From Octopus sinensis (Eukaryota), in contig NC_043017.1 in assembly GCF_006345805.1 (NCBI RefSeq), positions 17,422,001-17,486,000 of the forward strand: 64,000 nucleotides of DNA. The letters run 5' to 3'. Below, one piece after another: positions 1 through 12,799 of this stretch (position 1 is its first letter; each line of letters begins with the position of its first letter). A model generated the notes under the pieces. The model had not been told where the DNA came from and did not search any database. It was given only the letters and a program-made list of their open reading frames with translations. A program made the translations under genes and the position numbers.

Positions 1-11
1 CACACACACAC

Positions 12-12
12 G

Positions 13-54
<42 letters not shown>

Positions 55-360
55 TGCTCTCTCTTCTCTCTTTCTCGTTCTCTCTCTTTCTTTTACTCTC
101 TCTTTCTCTCTTCCTCTATCTCTTTCTCGTTCTCTCTCTTTCATTTACTCTCTCTTTCTCTCTTCCTCTATCTCTTTCTCGCTCTCTCTCTCTTTCTTTT
201 ACTCTCTCTTTCTCTCTTCCTCTATCTCTTTCTCGCTCTCTCTCTTTCTTTTACTCTCTCTTTCTCTCTTCCTCTATCTCTTTCTCGCTCTCTCTCTTTT
301 ACTCTCTCTTTCTCTCTTCCTTATCTCTTTCTCGCTCTCTCTCTTTCTTTTACTCTCTCG
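12..360. repeat. (CT)n and ~50-nt pyrimidine-rich tandem repeat
   Basis: Recurring tttactctctctttctctcttcctctatctctttctcg unit. Confidence 0.9.
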
Positions 361-399
361 CCGCCGCCTTCCAGCCATAATCTTCCTGTATTTTCCCAG

Positions 400-469
400 T
401 AACAAAGAATCCAAGAATTCATTATGGAACCAACAAGCACCATATCATTCTTTACTAAGACGACAAGCT
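400..469 (+). CDS. candidate exon of uncharacterised gene (NKESKNSLWNQQAPYHSLLRRQA)
   Basis: ttttccCAG acceptor, GCT|GTGAGT donor; only one open frame (phase 2 to 0). Confidence 0.45.
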
Positions 470-775
470 GTGAGTTGAGAAAGATATGGCTACTGGTTTT
501 AGCAGTTCAAGTGACTTCGATTTCAATCAACTATAGCCGTTTCTGTCAAATATTCTATGACAAATTATTAAGTTTGGCCACAAAATTTATTCCACTCCCT
601 CCCACCACCACCACCTCCTGTCCCACCTATCTTAACACCTTGCATTTACTTCCTTCCCACTTCGTCAAATTCGTTCTTTCGTTCAACTAGATTCATTAGT
701 GACGGAACATTAATTATTCTTCGCTACATTCCACCCCAACCCTACATCTCTCTCTCCCTCTGTCTCTCACTCCGT

Positions 776-837
<62 letters not shown>

Positions 838-1439
838 GCCCTCGATTTCTTTCATTGTCAAAGAACAGAATCAATGAACGGAAAGCTTCACGTTCACACT
901 CCAGTGCTGCTCCCATTTGTCCCTTAATTCCGCCCTTTCTTCCTTCCGCGTTCCCTTCCCCTTCCTCCTCCTCCCATCATCTCTCACTGCTTCTTCCCTC
1001 CTAACACCTACTCTCTCTTACAGACACTCACACACACACACGCCACGCACACACCCCACACGCATACACACACATACACACAAACGCACAAACGTTGACC
1101 AATTTGACAATATTCCAATCGCACACCAAAGGAATTACCAATCCAATAGACTAAGAATGGTTAGATAAGGAGAGCGAGGTAGGTGTAATGGGAGAGAGTG
1201 AGTGAGAGAGACAGAGAGACAGAGAGAAACAAAGACAGGGTGCTAAGAAGAAGGGATGTGGTCAGGGATTTCAGATAAGAAAATAGAGTCGGGAAGGTTG
1301 GACGACTATCCAATCAAGAAGTCTCTCCTTCTATCGATCTATTGATGACTGTATATATATATATATATATGGACGCCTCCATACAGACATACACACACAC
1401 ATCAGCGACCGTTTGTTACTTCTCACACAGCGATTTAAT

Positions 1440-1455
1440 ATTGTGTGTGTATATG

Positions 1456-1491
<36 letters not shown>

Positions 1492-1957
1492 TATATACAT
1501 ACATATATATATACATATATGTATATCTACATACATATATGTATATATACATACATATATAGATATATACATACATATATGTATATATACATACATATAT
1601 ATATATATGTGTGTGTGTATGTATATATATACATACATATATATATGTATGTATATGTATGTGTATATATATACATATATATATTTATGTATATGTATGT
1701 ATATATATATATACATACATATATACATATATGTATGTATGTATATATATATATATATACATACATATATACATATATATATATGTATGTGTGTGTGTGT
1801 GTGTGTCTATGTATGTATGTATATATACATACATATATATGTATATGTATGTATGTATGTATATATACATATATATATATGTATGTATGTATGTATATAT
1901 ACATATATATATATGTATGTATGTATGTATATATACATATATATATATGTATGTATG

Positions 1958-1988
<31 letters not shown>

Positions 1989-2228
1989 GTATGTATGTAT
2001 ATATACATATATATATATGTATGTATGTATATATACATATATATATATGTATGTATGTATGTATATATACATATATATATATATGTATGTATATATACAT
2101 ATATATATATATATTATGTATGTATGTATGTATGTATATATACATATATATATATATGTATGTATGTATGTATATATACATATATATATATGTATGTATG
2201 TATGTAATATATATATATATATATATAT
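1440..2228. repeat. compound (TA)/(TATG)/(TG) microsatellite array
   Basis: Direct inspection; generates the YI/MYVC pseudo-ORFs. Confidence 0.97.
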
Positions 2229-2414
2229 GCGTCACCTAGCGGTTCGGCAAAAGAGACCGATAGAATAAGTACTGGGCTTACAAAGAATAAGTCCCGGGGT
2301 CGTGTTGCTCGAGTAAAGGTGGTGCTCCAGCATGGCCGCAGTCAAATGACTGAAACAAGTAAAAGAGTAAAAGAGTCAAGAGTAAATGTATATGTATGTA
2401 CGTACATAGATACA

Positions 2415-2478
<64 letters not shown>

Positions 2479-2739
2479 AAGCAAAGTAGCTAGTAAGAAA
2501 ATCTCAATAAGAGATGAAAATAGTAACTATTCTGAGAAATAATGTTTATGGCAACATCTATTGGCTGTTCGACGTTACTACCGTTTAACCCCAGGCAGAG
2601 CCTTCACCAGCTGGTTATCGGTGCAATCTGCACCCGGTATATATTGCAAACAGAGGAGCAAACTCCTACCATCTTCTAGCAGACAACGGGCTCACTAGAA
2701 TCCCGTCGCCATGATCTGCTATCGACTCGCTTGTGAAGC

Positions 2740-3332
2740 GACACAAACAAACACTAACACACACGCATACAGATCTTACCACACACACACACACACACAC
2801 ACACGCTGATGACTCACACAAACACATACACACAGAGTTGCTACCACCTGCACATGCACACATACTAACCAATTACACACAGAGACTACCACACACACAG
2901 GCAAACATACTATTTTCACACTCTCCTGTCCCTCCAAACCCACTTTCTCTATCTCTTTCTATTTCCGGTCACTTCAGTAATGTAACTACATGTGTGGTGA
3001 TTTCTTCTCTGTCTTTGGACTTTTCCTTTTCTCCTTTCCGAGGAAGAACTATGTTCGAAAGGTCAAACTCTCTCCTTGCACCGAGTGTCAAGCTATTAGG
3101 TCGTCAAATAACAGCACCAACGCACTCACACACTTGTCGTGTCGCCCCTCACACCCCATCACACACCCGCGCACACACACGCACGCACATACACACATCC
3201 CGCACACACACGCACGCACGTATGCACATCCACACACACACACGCACGTACGCACATCCACACACACACATGCCCTTGCAATACTCTCATTCATAAGTAC
3301 ACACACACATACGCACACATATATATATGCAC

Positions 3333-3364
<32 letters not shown>

Positions 3365-3720
3365 CACTCATACGCATATATATACACTTCCACGTACACT
3401 CGTACACACGTAAAACACACACGCATCCGTCTGCACACATGCTCATGTGTGCGTACACAAAAACCTACATGCTTGGCTACACCAACACACCCACACACAC
3501 TCCACCTGCCCCTCTCACTTCTTCTCACACACACACACACACTCACACGCGCACACGCACACAGAAGCTTCACACACACACACACACACACGAATATATA
3601 AAGAAAGGCAAAGAGAGAGAGAAACACACACACACCCTACACACACACACATTCCCTCTCTGTCATACGCACACATGGAAACACACCTACACACACACAG
3701 CTACACCTACCCACTTATAC
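2740..3720. repeat. (CA)n-rich degenerate microsatellite region
   Basis: Direct inspection. Confidence 0.92.
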
Positions 3721-4042
3721 ATGACCAGGGCTCCTTACCACTAAGAAACATAGCCGGACCAACAGGAAAAAGGTTTGATGTGGTTGATCGCCTATATGGA
3801 TAATGTCATATCCAATGACCCAAACAGCACCATCTTTTTTAAGCTCACTGCGGAAGGGCGACATGGACAGGTTATCTGAACAAGGGTTATTGGTGCTGTG
3901 TCATCCAAATCCCCCAAGATTAAGAAGAAACTTGAAGACTACTACGTAGAGCTAGGGTCACAAATCATTCTGTCAAGTTTGAGAAGAAAAAGAGAAAACC
4001 AAAACCGCTATCTTATGTATATGAAAAATGACATAGTATTTA

Positions 4043-4078
<36 letters not shown>

Positions 4079-4736
4079 AGGATGCACCCGCTTATGCAGG
4101 CATACACATACTCACATACTCATCTCAGACAGATCTCGGACGAATCCCAACGCTGGAACATAAATTCAAGAGAAATGGAAGTGGAGAGACGCGTCACTGA
4201 AGAGATTGCAACAATGCGATGAAGCAATTATTTGACAAAAACAGAAATGACAACACGAACAATACTGAACATTTGAACGATTAACTGTTTGACCAGTTTG
4301 AAAAACGAGTAAAAAACGGCTGATCGATAAATTGGTTAACAGAGTAACTAACCTATTCACTAACAATAACAATAAAGGACCGAACCAGTGCATAATGCCC
4401 CTCCCAAGGTTCAATAGTATTTCTTTCAACACACGAATTCACATCAAGAATCTTGCAAACTAGATACAAATACCAGACTTATAAAGTATGTACTGGCGTC
4501 AATTTGTTCGACTAAATACATCAAAACAGTGCCCCAGCATGGCTGCAGTCGAATGACTAAAACAAGTGAAAGATAAATATATATCCTTTTCGTTTACTTA
4601 GGTTATAGACTGTCTACGGACACATTGTGCACTCCTGCTCAGATGAACAAATGTCATATTGCCTAGTTTCATCTATTATTTTTTGATGTAATTATCTATT
4701 TATCGGTGAGCGTATTGTATTTATATCATATTCTAG

Positions 4737-4784
4737 CTGAATCTATAATAAAGATGATACCGCCAACTGGACTCACAAAGGAAG
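4737..4784 (+). CDS. candidate exon (ESIIKMIPPTGLTKE)
   Basis: ttcTAG acceptor, AAG|GTAAGG donor, phase 1 to 1. Confidence 0.4.
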
Positions 4785-5440
4785 GTAAGGCATGTTTTTA
4801 CTGTACGGTTGCAGTGCTGAAAGAGTGTGTTTGGAGGACGAGAATGGAAGGTTCTGTTAAAGGGTCCTTTATCTCTAGCCCCGGTTTGCTGTCTTACTTC
4901 AGATACCATCAGAAGAGCAAGATGAGGTTGGAGAGGAGGACCCTGCCACCGAGAGAATATGAGAAACGATGGAAGGATGTGATGAGAAAGGAGGGTGTTA
5001 GTAACCCAGCTTAATCATTGATGAAAGGAAAAGATAGTTGCTGGGCCTTATAGGCTGCCGGATTCGATCTTTTAAACTTTTATTCGTTTCCTTTCTTTGT
5101 TTCTTTTTAATTAAAAAAAAGTTCTACTTTAAAGGAAATTAATCGATGTATAAAATATTTTTTAGTAAATTTTTAAAACGATATTCATACGAACTCATGT
5201 AACATTTTTTGTTCTTTATCTTATAATGTCCCTCTCTATGTAAGGTCATTTTTTATCATAATAAAGATCCCATTTATATCATATTCTATATTTGTGTAAT
5301 TGTATGTGGGCGGATGCATACTTATATGCGCACGCAGGAAGCAAGAAAACTTTGATTTTTCTTTCAAGAAGGGATAACTGCTTGAAGAGCGAAACGAGAA
5401 ACAGGAAGAAAATATCAAAAAAATTAGCCACTCTTCCGAC

Positions 5441-5911
5441 ATGATAACATTTCTGAACCTGTTTTCTGTTCTGATATTCACAACAACGATACAAACAGCA
5501 AAATGCCGTAGCTTTCTACGACCGAAACAAACATTTGAGGGAACAGAACCTTATTTCATCGACTCTTCTGCTGATAAGGTTCCATTCATTCGGAAGACTA
5601 ACGACAACCAATTGATTACACTTGTTCTAGCTGGAAAGGTAAAACTATTATCAATTCTGCCAGATAATTCCTCCTCTAAGATTTTATCCGTAACCGAAAT
5701 TGATACTGTTTCGCCAGTAACAGTCGGTGTTGGTATGAATTCCATTCTTGTTGATCATTTCCCAACTTATATCAATTTCTCGGACAGTGATCTTCGGTCT
5801 GCTACCAGAAAGAGAAGGAATCATTTTGTTCCATTTCTAGTCTGTTTTCTCATCTTGCTCATGTTGCTTTCATTTATTTTTTATGTCCAGCACCATTTGG
5901 ATTTCAATTGA
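5441..5911 (+). CDS. intronless 156-aa putative secreted/membrane-anchored protein of unknown family
   Basis: ATG to TGA ORF in non-repetitive DNA; hydrophobic N-terminus (MITFLNLFSVLIFTTTIQTAKC), NSS and NFS sequons, RKRR immediately before a ~20-aa hydrophobic helix, AATAAA about 40 nt after the stop. Confidence 0.6.
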   Translation: MITFLNLFSVLIFTTTIQTAKCRSFLRPKQTFEGTEPYFIDSSADKVPFIRKTNDNQLITLVLAGKVKLLSILPDNSSSKILSVTEIDTVSPVTVGVGMNSILVDHFPTYINFSDSDLRSATRKRRNHFVPFLVCFLILLMLLSFIFYVQHHLDFN

Positions 5912-6288
5912 AGAATTACATGTATTTTATAATACCAACAACAAGAGGAGAAATAAATGGTGCGGTGGAATAGAGAAAACTGCAACGGCAGCCATATTTT
6001 CTTGACTGACAAACTAAGAACCAGAAAAGTAATTGATTGGATGGGGTCTGTATAAATTACTGAACCCTTCGCTAAAATCTCTGGCAATATATTTAAACAA
6101 AGTACCAGGCAAGTAGTAGGAGATCCGTGAAAGCCACTAAGCCCTTCACCAAATTCTGTGTTCTTGTGTTTTATGCAAGAAATCCATGTTGGACTGCTTG
6201 GTTATCGACAAATATAAATGGGAAAATATACTTCATTTTTCGGTCTCCAAACTGATTTATCTTCTTAAACACACGCACATATACATGG

Positions 6289-6320
<32 letters not shown>

Positions 6321-8781
6321 CATGTACCTTTAATTCCCTACTTGTTATATGGAATTATTGTTTTGGAAAACAAAAAGACTAGGAGAGATCGTACAAATTA
6401 CCAAAATTTGTAATTAAGAATTATTTTAATTTTTCTTGTTTTATGAAGAATGACAGAAACATCGGTACAGTTCCACGCTCTGGTATTAATATCCGCTGAA
6501 AATTACTTTCTGATGTATTTCTTCAAAGGAATTTATAGCAGTGTTGCCAAATCTTGTTGTATATTCTTATTATTTTGTCTGTTTCCATTTTTTTTTTTTT
6601 GTGGCACCCCTAACATTATAGCGTTTATACTGGAATATTCTATACTGATAAAGTTTCTATCTGGAATTGGTATTACCAAAGACATCCAACTATAAATTTC
6701 CTGTTATGACCCACCGATATTTTAGTCCTTATTTGCTTTTCCCACTTCTCTGCAATAAACCCTTCTCAGTTTTATAACCCTTAATAATGATAATAATAAT
6801 AATAATAATAATGGTTTCTAATTTTGGCACAAGGTCAGTGATTTCGGGGAGAGGAGAAAGTCGATTACATCGACCCCTATGATTAACTGATACTTAAAGA
6901 CGAACAAAATGTCACTAAGCATTTTGTTTAATGCACGACATAAGACTCTATATTTGCGAGCAAAGAATACCCTCTGTATCCGACTGATACTTCATTTTAT
7001 TGACCACATACACAAAGGATAGTGTGCAAAGTCGACTTCACAGTAAGATAAACTAATTTCTTTAATCTTATTACAATAATGTCTAATAGTAAACAAAAAT
7101 ATTCAGATTTAGATAAATGTTATTTATCATAAATTTTTCAGACTTTTAACTTAACTTTAGTGGGGGAATGTCCTTATACGTGAGAGAGTTTACTTCGCAT
7201 TCTCAATATTTTAATATATTACTAGTCATTAGGGCGCGAGCTGGCAGAATCGTTAGCACACCAGGCAAAATGCTTAGCGGCATTTCGCCCGTCCTTGCGT
7301 TCTGAGTTTGAATTCCACCGAGATTGACTTTGTCTTTCATCCTTTCGGGGTCGATAACATAAGTACCAGCTGAATCCTGGAGTCGATGTAACCGACTTTC
7401 CCCCTTCCCCGAAAATTGCTAACCATAGGCCAAAATTTGAAACCAATATATTACTATTTGTTAGATTGGTATAACTTTTAGTTTCAAAGTGAAATGCCAG
7501 CTAGTATTAAATTTCAGTTTTTTACGGTTTGGGTTCAAATCTACCGAAGTAAAATTTTTCTTTTCCTCATTTCAGGATGGAGAAGAGAGGGGTTCGATAA
7601 AATGGGGCATTAATCGATTACTGATAACGATATAATCGATTCTTACCTCACCTCACAAAATATGTGTGGCCTTGAGGTCGATGTAAGAAATCAATATTTT
7701 AATATTGATCCGTGGTTATCGATAATGGAGATCCACCAGACGAAACGCTTTTAGTTTTTAGCTATAAACCTTTTTTTCAATACTGTATAGGAATTTTAGT
7801 CGGAAATAAACTTTATCTTCCCTCTTTTTATAACTGAAGAAATAACGAAGTATAAATCAAATACTAGAATTTATTAAATCGATTATAACCAATAATAAAC
7901 AGTATTATGACACCGTACAAAAGTTAGAAATCAATGATAGCAGCGTGGAGTGATGCGCTGGATTTGTAGAACGGCAGACAAAAGTAGTGGTGGAATTAGT
8001 TGAGAATCAAGAATATGTCGCAATATTGAAATATCTCATGTTACGGATTGAGTTCATATCCTGCCGAGGTTAGCTTTGTCATTTAGCTTTCTGGAAGCAA
8101 TAATATAAAATAGCAGTCAGGTATTATGGTCGGTTGGGCCAAAAGTCGCGCACAAAATAAGTTCAATACGCTCCGGAATTGTCAAAGACCTGCTTCAATT
8201 TTTCTAAAATTGAATAAAATAATGATGAATACACCCGTACCTGATGAACCAAATGAATGATAATGATAACGTAATATAAATAAAATGTCAACTGCGTGGT
8301 TCACCCTGTAGACTATACTCCTCCCCTTAAAAAAATCAATAACACTCTACTAAATTTCGAACTCCTTATATTAGTATGGACAGTTGTGTCAAATTTTGTT
8401 CACATATCTACCTTTGTCCACGGGATAAAATTTTAATAAATGTTTTTATTTAATTTATTCAATAAATTAATTTTAAATTCCAGTGTTTTATTTTATTCAT
8501 TTTATTTACATTTAATGAGCCGCATGCACAAGTTTAAATTCTTTTACAAACTTATTTGGCCGATCGTTTTGTTTTTTTTTTAATCGAAATAAGATAGGTT
8601 CTGATTTCTCTAATTTCGTGCAATTTAAAGTCATGCAATAAGGTGGTATAATTTACATTCAGACTGCCATTTATAATTTGGTTTCATTAAATCCAATTCT
8701 TTGTAACTGAGCACCTTTGTCTTTCAAAATGGCAACTACTATAGTAGCCTTAAATGAGTTGGTTTTTTTTTTTTATAAAAG

Positions 8782-8850
8782 AAAAAAAAAACATGAAATA
8801 TTATTGTACCTCGGGAAGGTCATTATTGGAGCAGAGAGAATATGTCGTTG
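8782..8850 (+). CDS. candidate exon (KKNMKYYCTSGRSLLEQREYVV)
   Basis: poly-T..AAG acceptor, TTG|GTGAGG donor, phase 1 to 1. Confidence 0.4.
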
Positions 8851-9539
8851 GTGAGGTCGCAAAAGGACTTGGACAAACATAACTGAATGATAGATTAATC
8901 GAATGATTAAGCAAACAATCGATTAGTCCATTGGTTTAATAACCACATAGCGAATACTGAATTGAAATACAACCAGTGTGTGTTTCAATTCAGTATAATG
9001 ACCCTCGCAAGATGCAGCAAAATCTGTTTCAACACACGACTTCACATCAAAAATCACTGAAACCACATACCAAAATGATATATTGTGTTGTCACAATTCA
9101 ATATATAATTACAGGTAACCTTGTGACGTAGCAGTAAATAGTATTTCAGAACTAATTCCTATATCAGGGTTCGGTTTCTGCTTGGAAATAAAATAACACC
9201 GCTCATATTCTTTCTAAAGCGATGAACTTTATAATTTTTAGCGTTACTTCACAGTACTTTTTCTGAGAATTGAAACCGAGGTGATCATAGTTCAGTCATC
9301 ATGCAATTTGTTCTCTCCATCTCTCTTTACAATGGTTTCGGGTTTTGGCACAAGGCCAGCAATTTCAAAAGCGAAGGAAAGTCGATTACATCGACTCCAG
9401 TGCTCAGCTGGTATTTATTTTATCGACCCTGAAAGGATATGAGGCAAAGTCAACCTAGGCGGAATTTGAACTTAGAATGTAAAGACGGATGGAATGACGC
9501 TAAGCTTTTTGTCCGGCGCGGTAACATCTGTCTCTCTAG

Positions 9540-9620
9540 AATATCATCTAAACATCTTTCTTGAGAATGAAACGGTAGAGGACTTCTGCGATCAGCTATG
9601 GGGGATGAAGTGGTTTTATA
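9540..9620 (+). CDS. candidate exon (YHLNIFLENETVEDFCDQLWGMKWFY)
   Basis: ctctcTAG acceptor, ATA|GTGAGT donor, phase 1 to 1; protein-like composition. Confidence 0.5.
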
Positions 9621-9734
9621 GTGAGTTTTTGTTAGTCATTTTGGGGTTGCTTTTTTTTTTTTTTCTGGTGGAGTTTTTTGATGGCATTTTTTTTTTTCCT
9701 CGCTTTTCAATTTTTTTCTTTTTTTTAACTTCAG

Positions 9735-9811
9735 AACATCTTTATCTGTCAACGAAGAATCTAAAAATACAGAAAATATGCAAAAGAGAAAAAAATCCAA
9801 CAAATAAATAA
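9735..9811 (+). CDS. candidate terminal exon (HLYLSTKNLKIQKICKREKNPTNK*)
   Basis: long poly-T acttCAG acceptor, phase 1, stop at 9809-9811; an alternative terminal acceptor at 9880 gives FDVESNNKSKKKKSNKHRKT*. Confidence 0.35.
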
Positions 9812-10051
9812 AAGTTACTAAATCCTGTTCTCACGTGCCTTTCTTCTTCTTCTTCACTGGATCCTTGTTCCTATGTGTAGCATTTGATGTAGAAAGTAAT
9901 AACAAAAGCAAAAAAAAGAAATCTAACAAACACCGCAAAACCTAAAATCAACAAATCTAACATGTGCTAAATATAAATCTATATGTATATATATATATAT
10001 ATATATATGTGTGTATGTGTGTGTGTATTTGTGTGTATGTGTGTGTGTATT

Positions 10052-10084
<33 letters not shown>

Positions 10085-10355
10085 TTGTGTGTGTGTGTGT
10101 ATGTATGTGTGTGTGTATGTATGTATGTATGTGTATGTATGTATGTATGTGTGTATGTGTGTGTGTGTGTGTGTATGTATGTATATGTGTGCGTGTATAT
10201 ATGTGTGTATGTACTTATGTATGTATGTTCGTTCAAGATTTTTAAAAATCTGCTGTAACACGTCATAGATGAGACATTCTGAAGAATCCCGACTCACAGA
10301 GAACCTTTTGTATTCCTTCATGATTTTGATCTCGGTTAATTCTTGTCACCCAGAA

Positions 10356-10393
<38 letters not shown>

Positions 10394-10569
10394 GAAAAGA
10401 GATATTTGTTGTTGCTGTTCTTGTTTATCAGATTAAAAATACGTCTAAGTGAAAGAAGGGACAAAAATGGCGATAATTGCCAACCGAATAAACATTCTTG
10501 GCGGACTATAATTAGATCTCAATTTATTTTTATTAATTTTGTTGGGGTTTTTTTGTTGCTTTTATTTAG

Positions 10570-10654
10570 GGGAGAGATGTATGTTTGACAACGTCGAGGG
10601 GGCTGTGCAGAGGTTTGGGTGAGAGAAGATGGCAAGAGACTGCTGTTGTGAAAG
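10570..10654 (+). CDS. candidate exon (GRDVCLTTSRGLCRGLGERRWQETAVVK)
   Basis: ttttattTAG acceptor, AAG|GTAGTA donor, phase 0 to 1; GC-richer than flanks. Confidence 0.45.
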
Positions 10655-10879
10655 GTAGTAGTTTTATGTATATTTACATCACTTCAAAGGCGACATTATT
10701 TCAGCCAACACTTTCTCACTTTATATATGGTATGAGTAGCGTGTCTGTGTGTTATATATATTATATGCATGCGTGTGTATACATATGCCTATATAAACAC
10801 ACCCACACATACACACGCGTGTATATATATATGCATATATCTTTATGTATGTCTGAATAGATAGATAGATATGTCCAAC

Positions 10880-11270
10880 AGGTGCAGGAGTAGCTGTATG
10901 GTAAGAAGCTTACTTCCCAACTACATGGATCTGGGTTCAGTCCCACGACAAGACACCTTGGGCAAGAGTCTTCTACTATAGCTTCGGGCCGACCTAAGCC
11001 TTGTGAGTGAATGTGGTAGACGGAATCTAAAAGAAGCCCGTCGTATATATATATGTATGTATTTGTTATCTGGCCTATGTTTGTCCCCAATCATCACTCG
11101 ACAACCGATGTTGGTGTGTTTACGTCCCCGTCACCTAGCGGTTCGGCAAAAAAACGAAAAAATAAGTACCAGGCTTACAAAGAATAAATCCTGGGGTCAA
11201 TTTGTTCGACTACAGGTGGTGCTCCAGCATGGCTGCAATCAAATGACTGAAAAAGTAAAAGAATAAAAGA
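10880..11270 (+). mobile_element. SINE family A (followed by an inverted partial copy at about 11280-11510)
   Basis: Same consensus as 20240. Confidence 0.82.
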
Positions 11271-11514
11271 AAATATATATTCTTTTATTCGTTTACGTAT
11301 TTCAGTCATTTGGCCATACTGTAGCACCGGTTTAAAGGGTTTTAATCGAAGAAATCGACCCTAGAACTTATTCTTTGTAAGCCTAAGTACTTATTCTATC
11401 GGGGGGGGGGGGTTACCGAACCGCTAAGTTACGGGGACGCAAATATACCAACATCGGTTGTCAAGCGATGATAGGGGAAGAAAAGTGAAACAAATGACAA
11501 ATACGTATATATAT

Positions 11515-11765
11515 ATATTACATAAAATCCGTTCTGTCTGTCTGTGTGTGTTTCTTTTAGGATCTCGGGCATCCTCCATCCGATTGCGCTCAAATTTGAT
11601 ATATAGATACCGACGGTATCAGGGCGTGTATAAGTCTTGAAAAAATTACAAAAATCAATTTCAGGTGAGAATGCGATCGATAAAGCCGTGGGAACGTGCA
11701 TTTGTACGCGCAAGTACATCAGCTGTTGCAATTGATACTACGCGTACGCGAGAAAAATGCACGGT
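11515..11765 (+). mobile_element. Helitron/DINE-like 5' fragment
   Basis: (TA)n-taaaatccgttctgtctgtctgt start is typical of such non-autonomous elements. Confidence 0.4.
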
Positions 11766-11915
11766 ATCTCAAATTTAGGTTAAATCAGTGTTTCTCAAAG
11801 GGGAAGCCTAAGGGACTGTCGGACAAGTTGTTTTGAGAAAATTTGGTTTAAATGTTTGACAACTCAGCACCTCCATGGACGGAGGGGGGCGTTTGCTCGT
11901 GTGTGTCTGTGTGTG

Positions 11916-11951
<36 letters not shown>

Positions 11952-11957
11952 TTATAT

Positions 11958-12180
11958 TAGTGGAGGCGTAATGGTCCAGTGATTAGGACTCGCGGTTTCG
12001 ATTCCCAGACCGGGCGTTGTGGGAGTTTGAGCGAAAACACCTAAAGCTCCACGAGGCTCCGGCAGTGGAGTGGTGAACCCTCTTGTACTCTTTCACCACA
12101 ACTTTCTCCCACTCTTTCTTCTTGTTTCTGCTGTACCTGTATTTCAAAGGGCCAGCCTTGTCACACTGAATCTCCCCGTT
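11958..12180 (+). mobile_element. SINE family C, 3'-truncated copy (another short copy at about 22550-22620)
   Basis: Same head and body as 26284. Confidence 0.8.
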
Positions 12181-12761
12181 AACTTTTAGTGCCCTTGCTG
12201 ATGAAGAACACGGATAACAAATCATATTTGTTCATTAATGTTCGAAACCTAGGTACAAGTGGTAACTATTGAAAATGTTTTTATTTTTCATCCCCTTCGA
12301 AATTACTCTTAAGCGTGGTTTGGACTTTGACTGTTCCTTTTAGCATGTAAGGTGTCCTGTTATGGTCATCTCTTTTGTGTATAAATCTACACTAATTTTA
12401 TATGAAAAATATGTTGTCTATTAACTATTTTATGCATGCTAGCCACTGGTAGAAAATTTCTCTACCCTATATATATTTTCTTAATATATATATGGGGGTG
12501 TGCGTGGTTGTGTGTGTATTAAAAAGAGATGATGAGCAATGGCTAAAAGAATATTGAGCGAAACATGATAACCAGTTGATCTAGCGAGCGGGACCTCATT
12601 TCAGTGGGGAGAGACGATGTGCAATAATACTGTCGAGAGGTAGGGTCCGAAACAGCGCATATTCTCTCATGATGATCCCAGAATCTTGCTAGGATCCTGT
12701 ATGCGGAGCTTTCAACTGGTAGCACTTGCATCCCCAAGTTGTTTGCAACTCACACACATAC

Positions 12762-12799
<38 letters not shown>

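Noticed and set aside
1331-2268. Long ORFs up to 308 aa (YI/MYVC-rich) in several frames
   Set aside because: Translations of (TA)/(TG)/(TATG) microsatellites, which lack stops in some frames; the same applies near 9.9-10.3, 22.9-23.2, 28.3-28.6, 29.6-29.9 and 33.2-33.8 kb
2733-3803. His/Thr-rich ORFs
   Set aside because: (CA)n repeat translations
4602-4705. Possible exon with acceptor at 4601 and GTGAGC donor at 4706
   Set aside because: Stops in all frames, and the following intron would be only 31 nt; it could still be a terminal exon (VIDCLRTHCALLLR*), unresolved
12600-12740. Possible small exon at 12605-12639
   Set aside because: The adjacent sequence translates to RILYAELSTG, typical of an RTE C-terminal remnant
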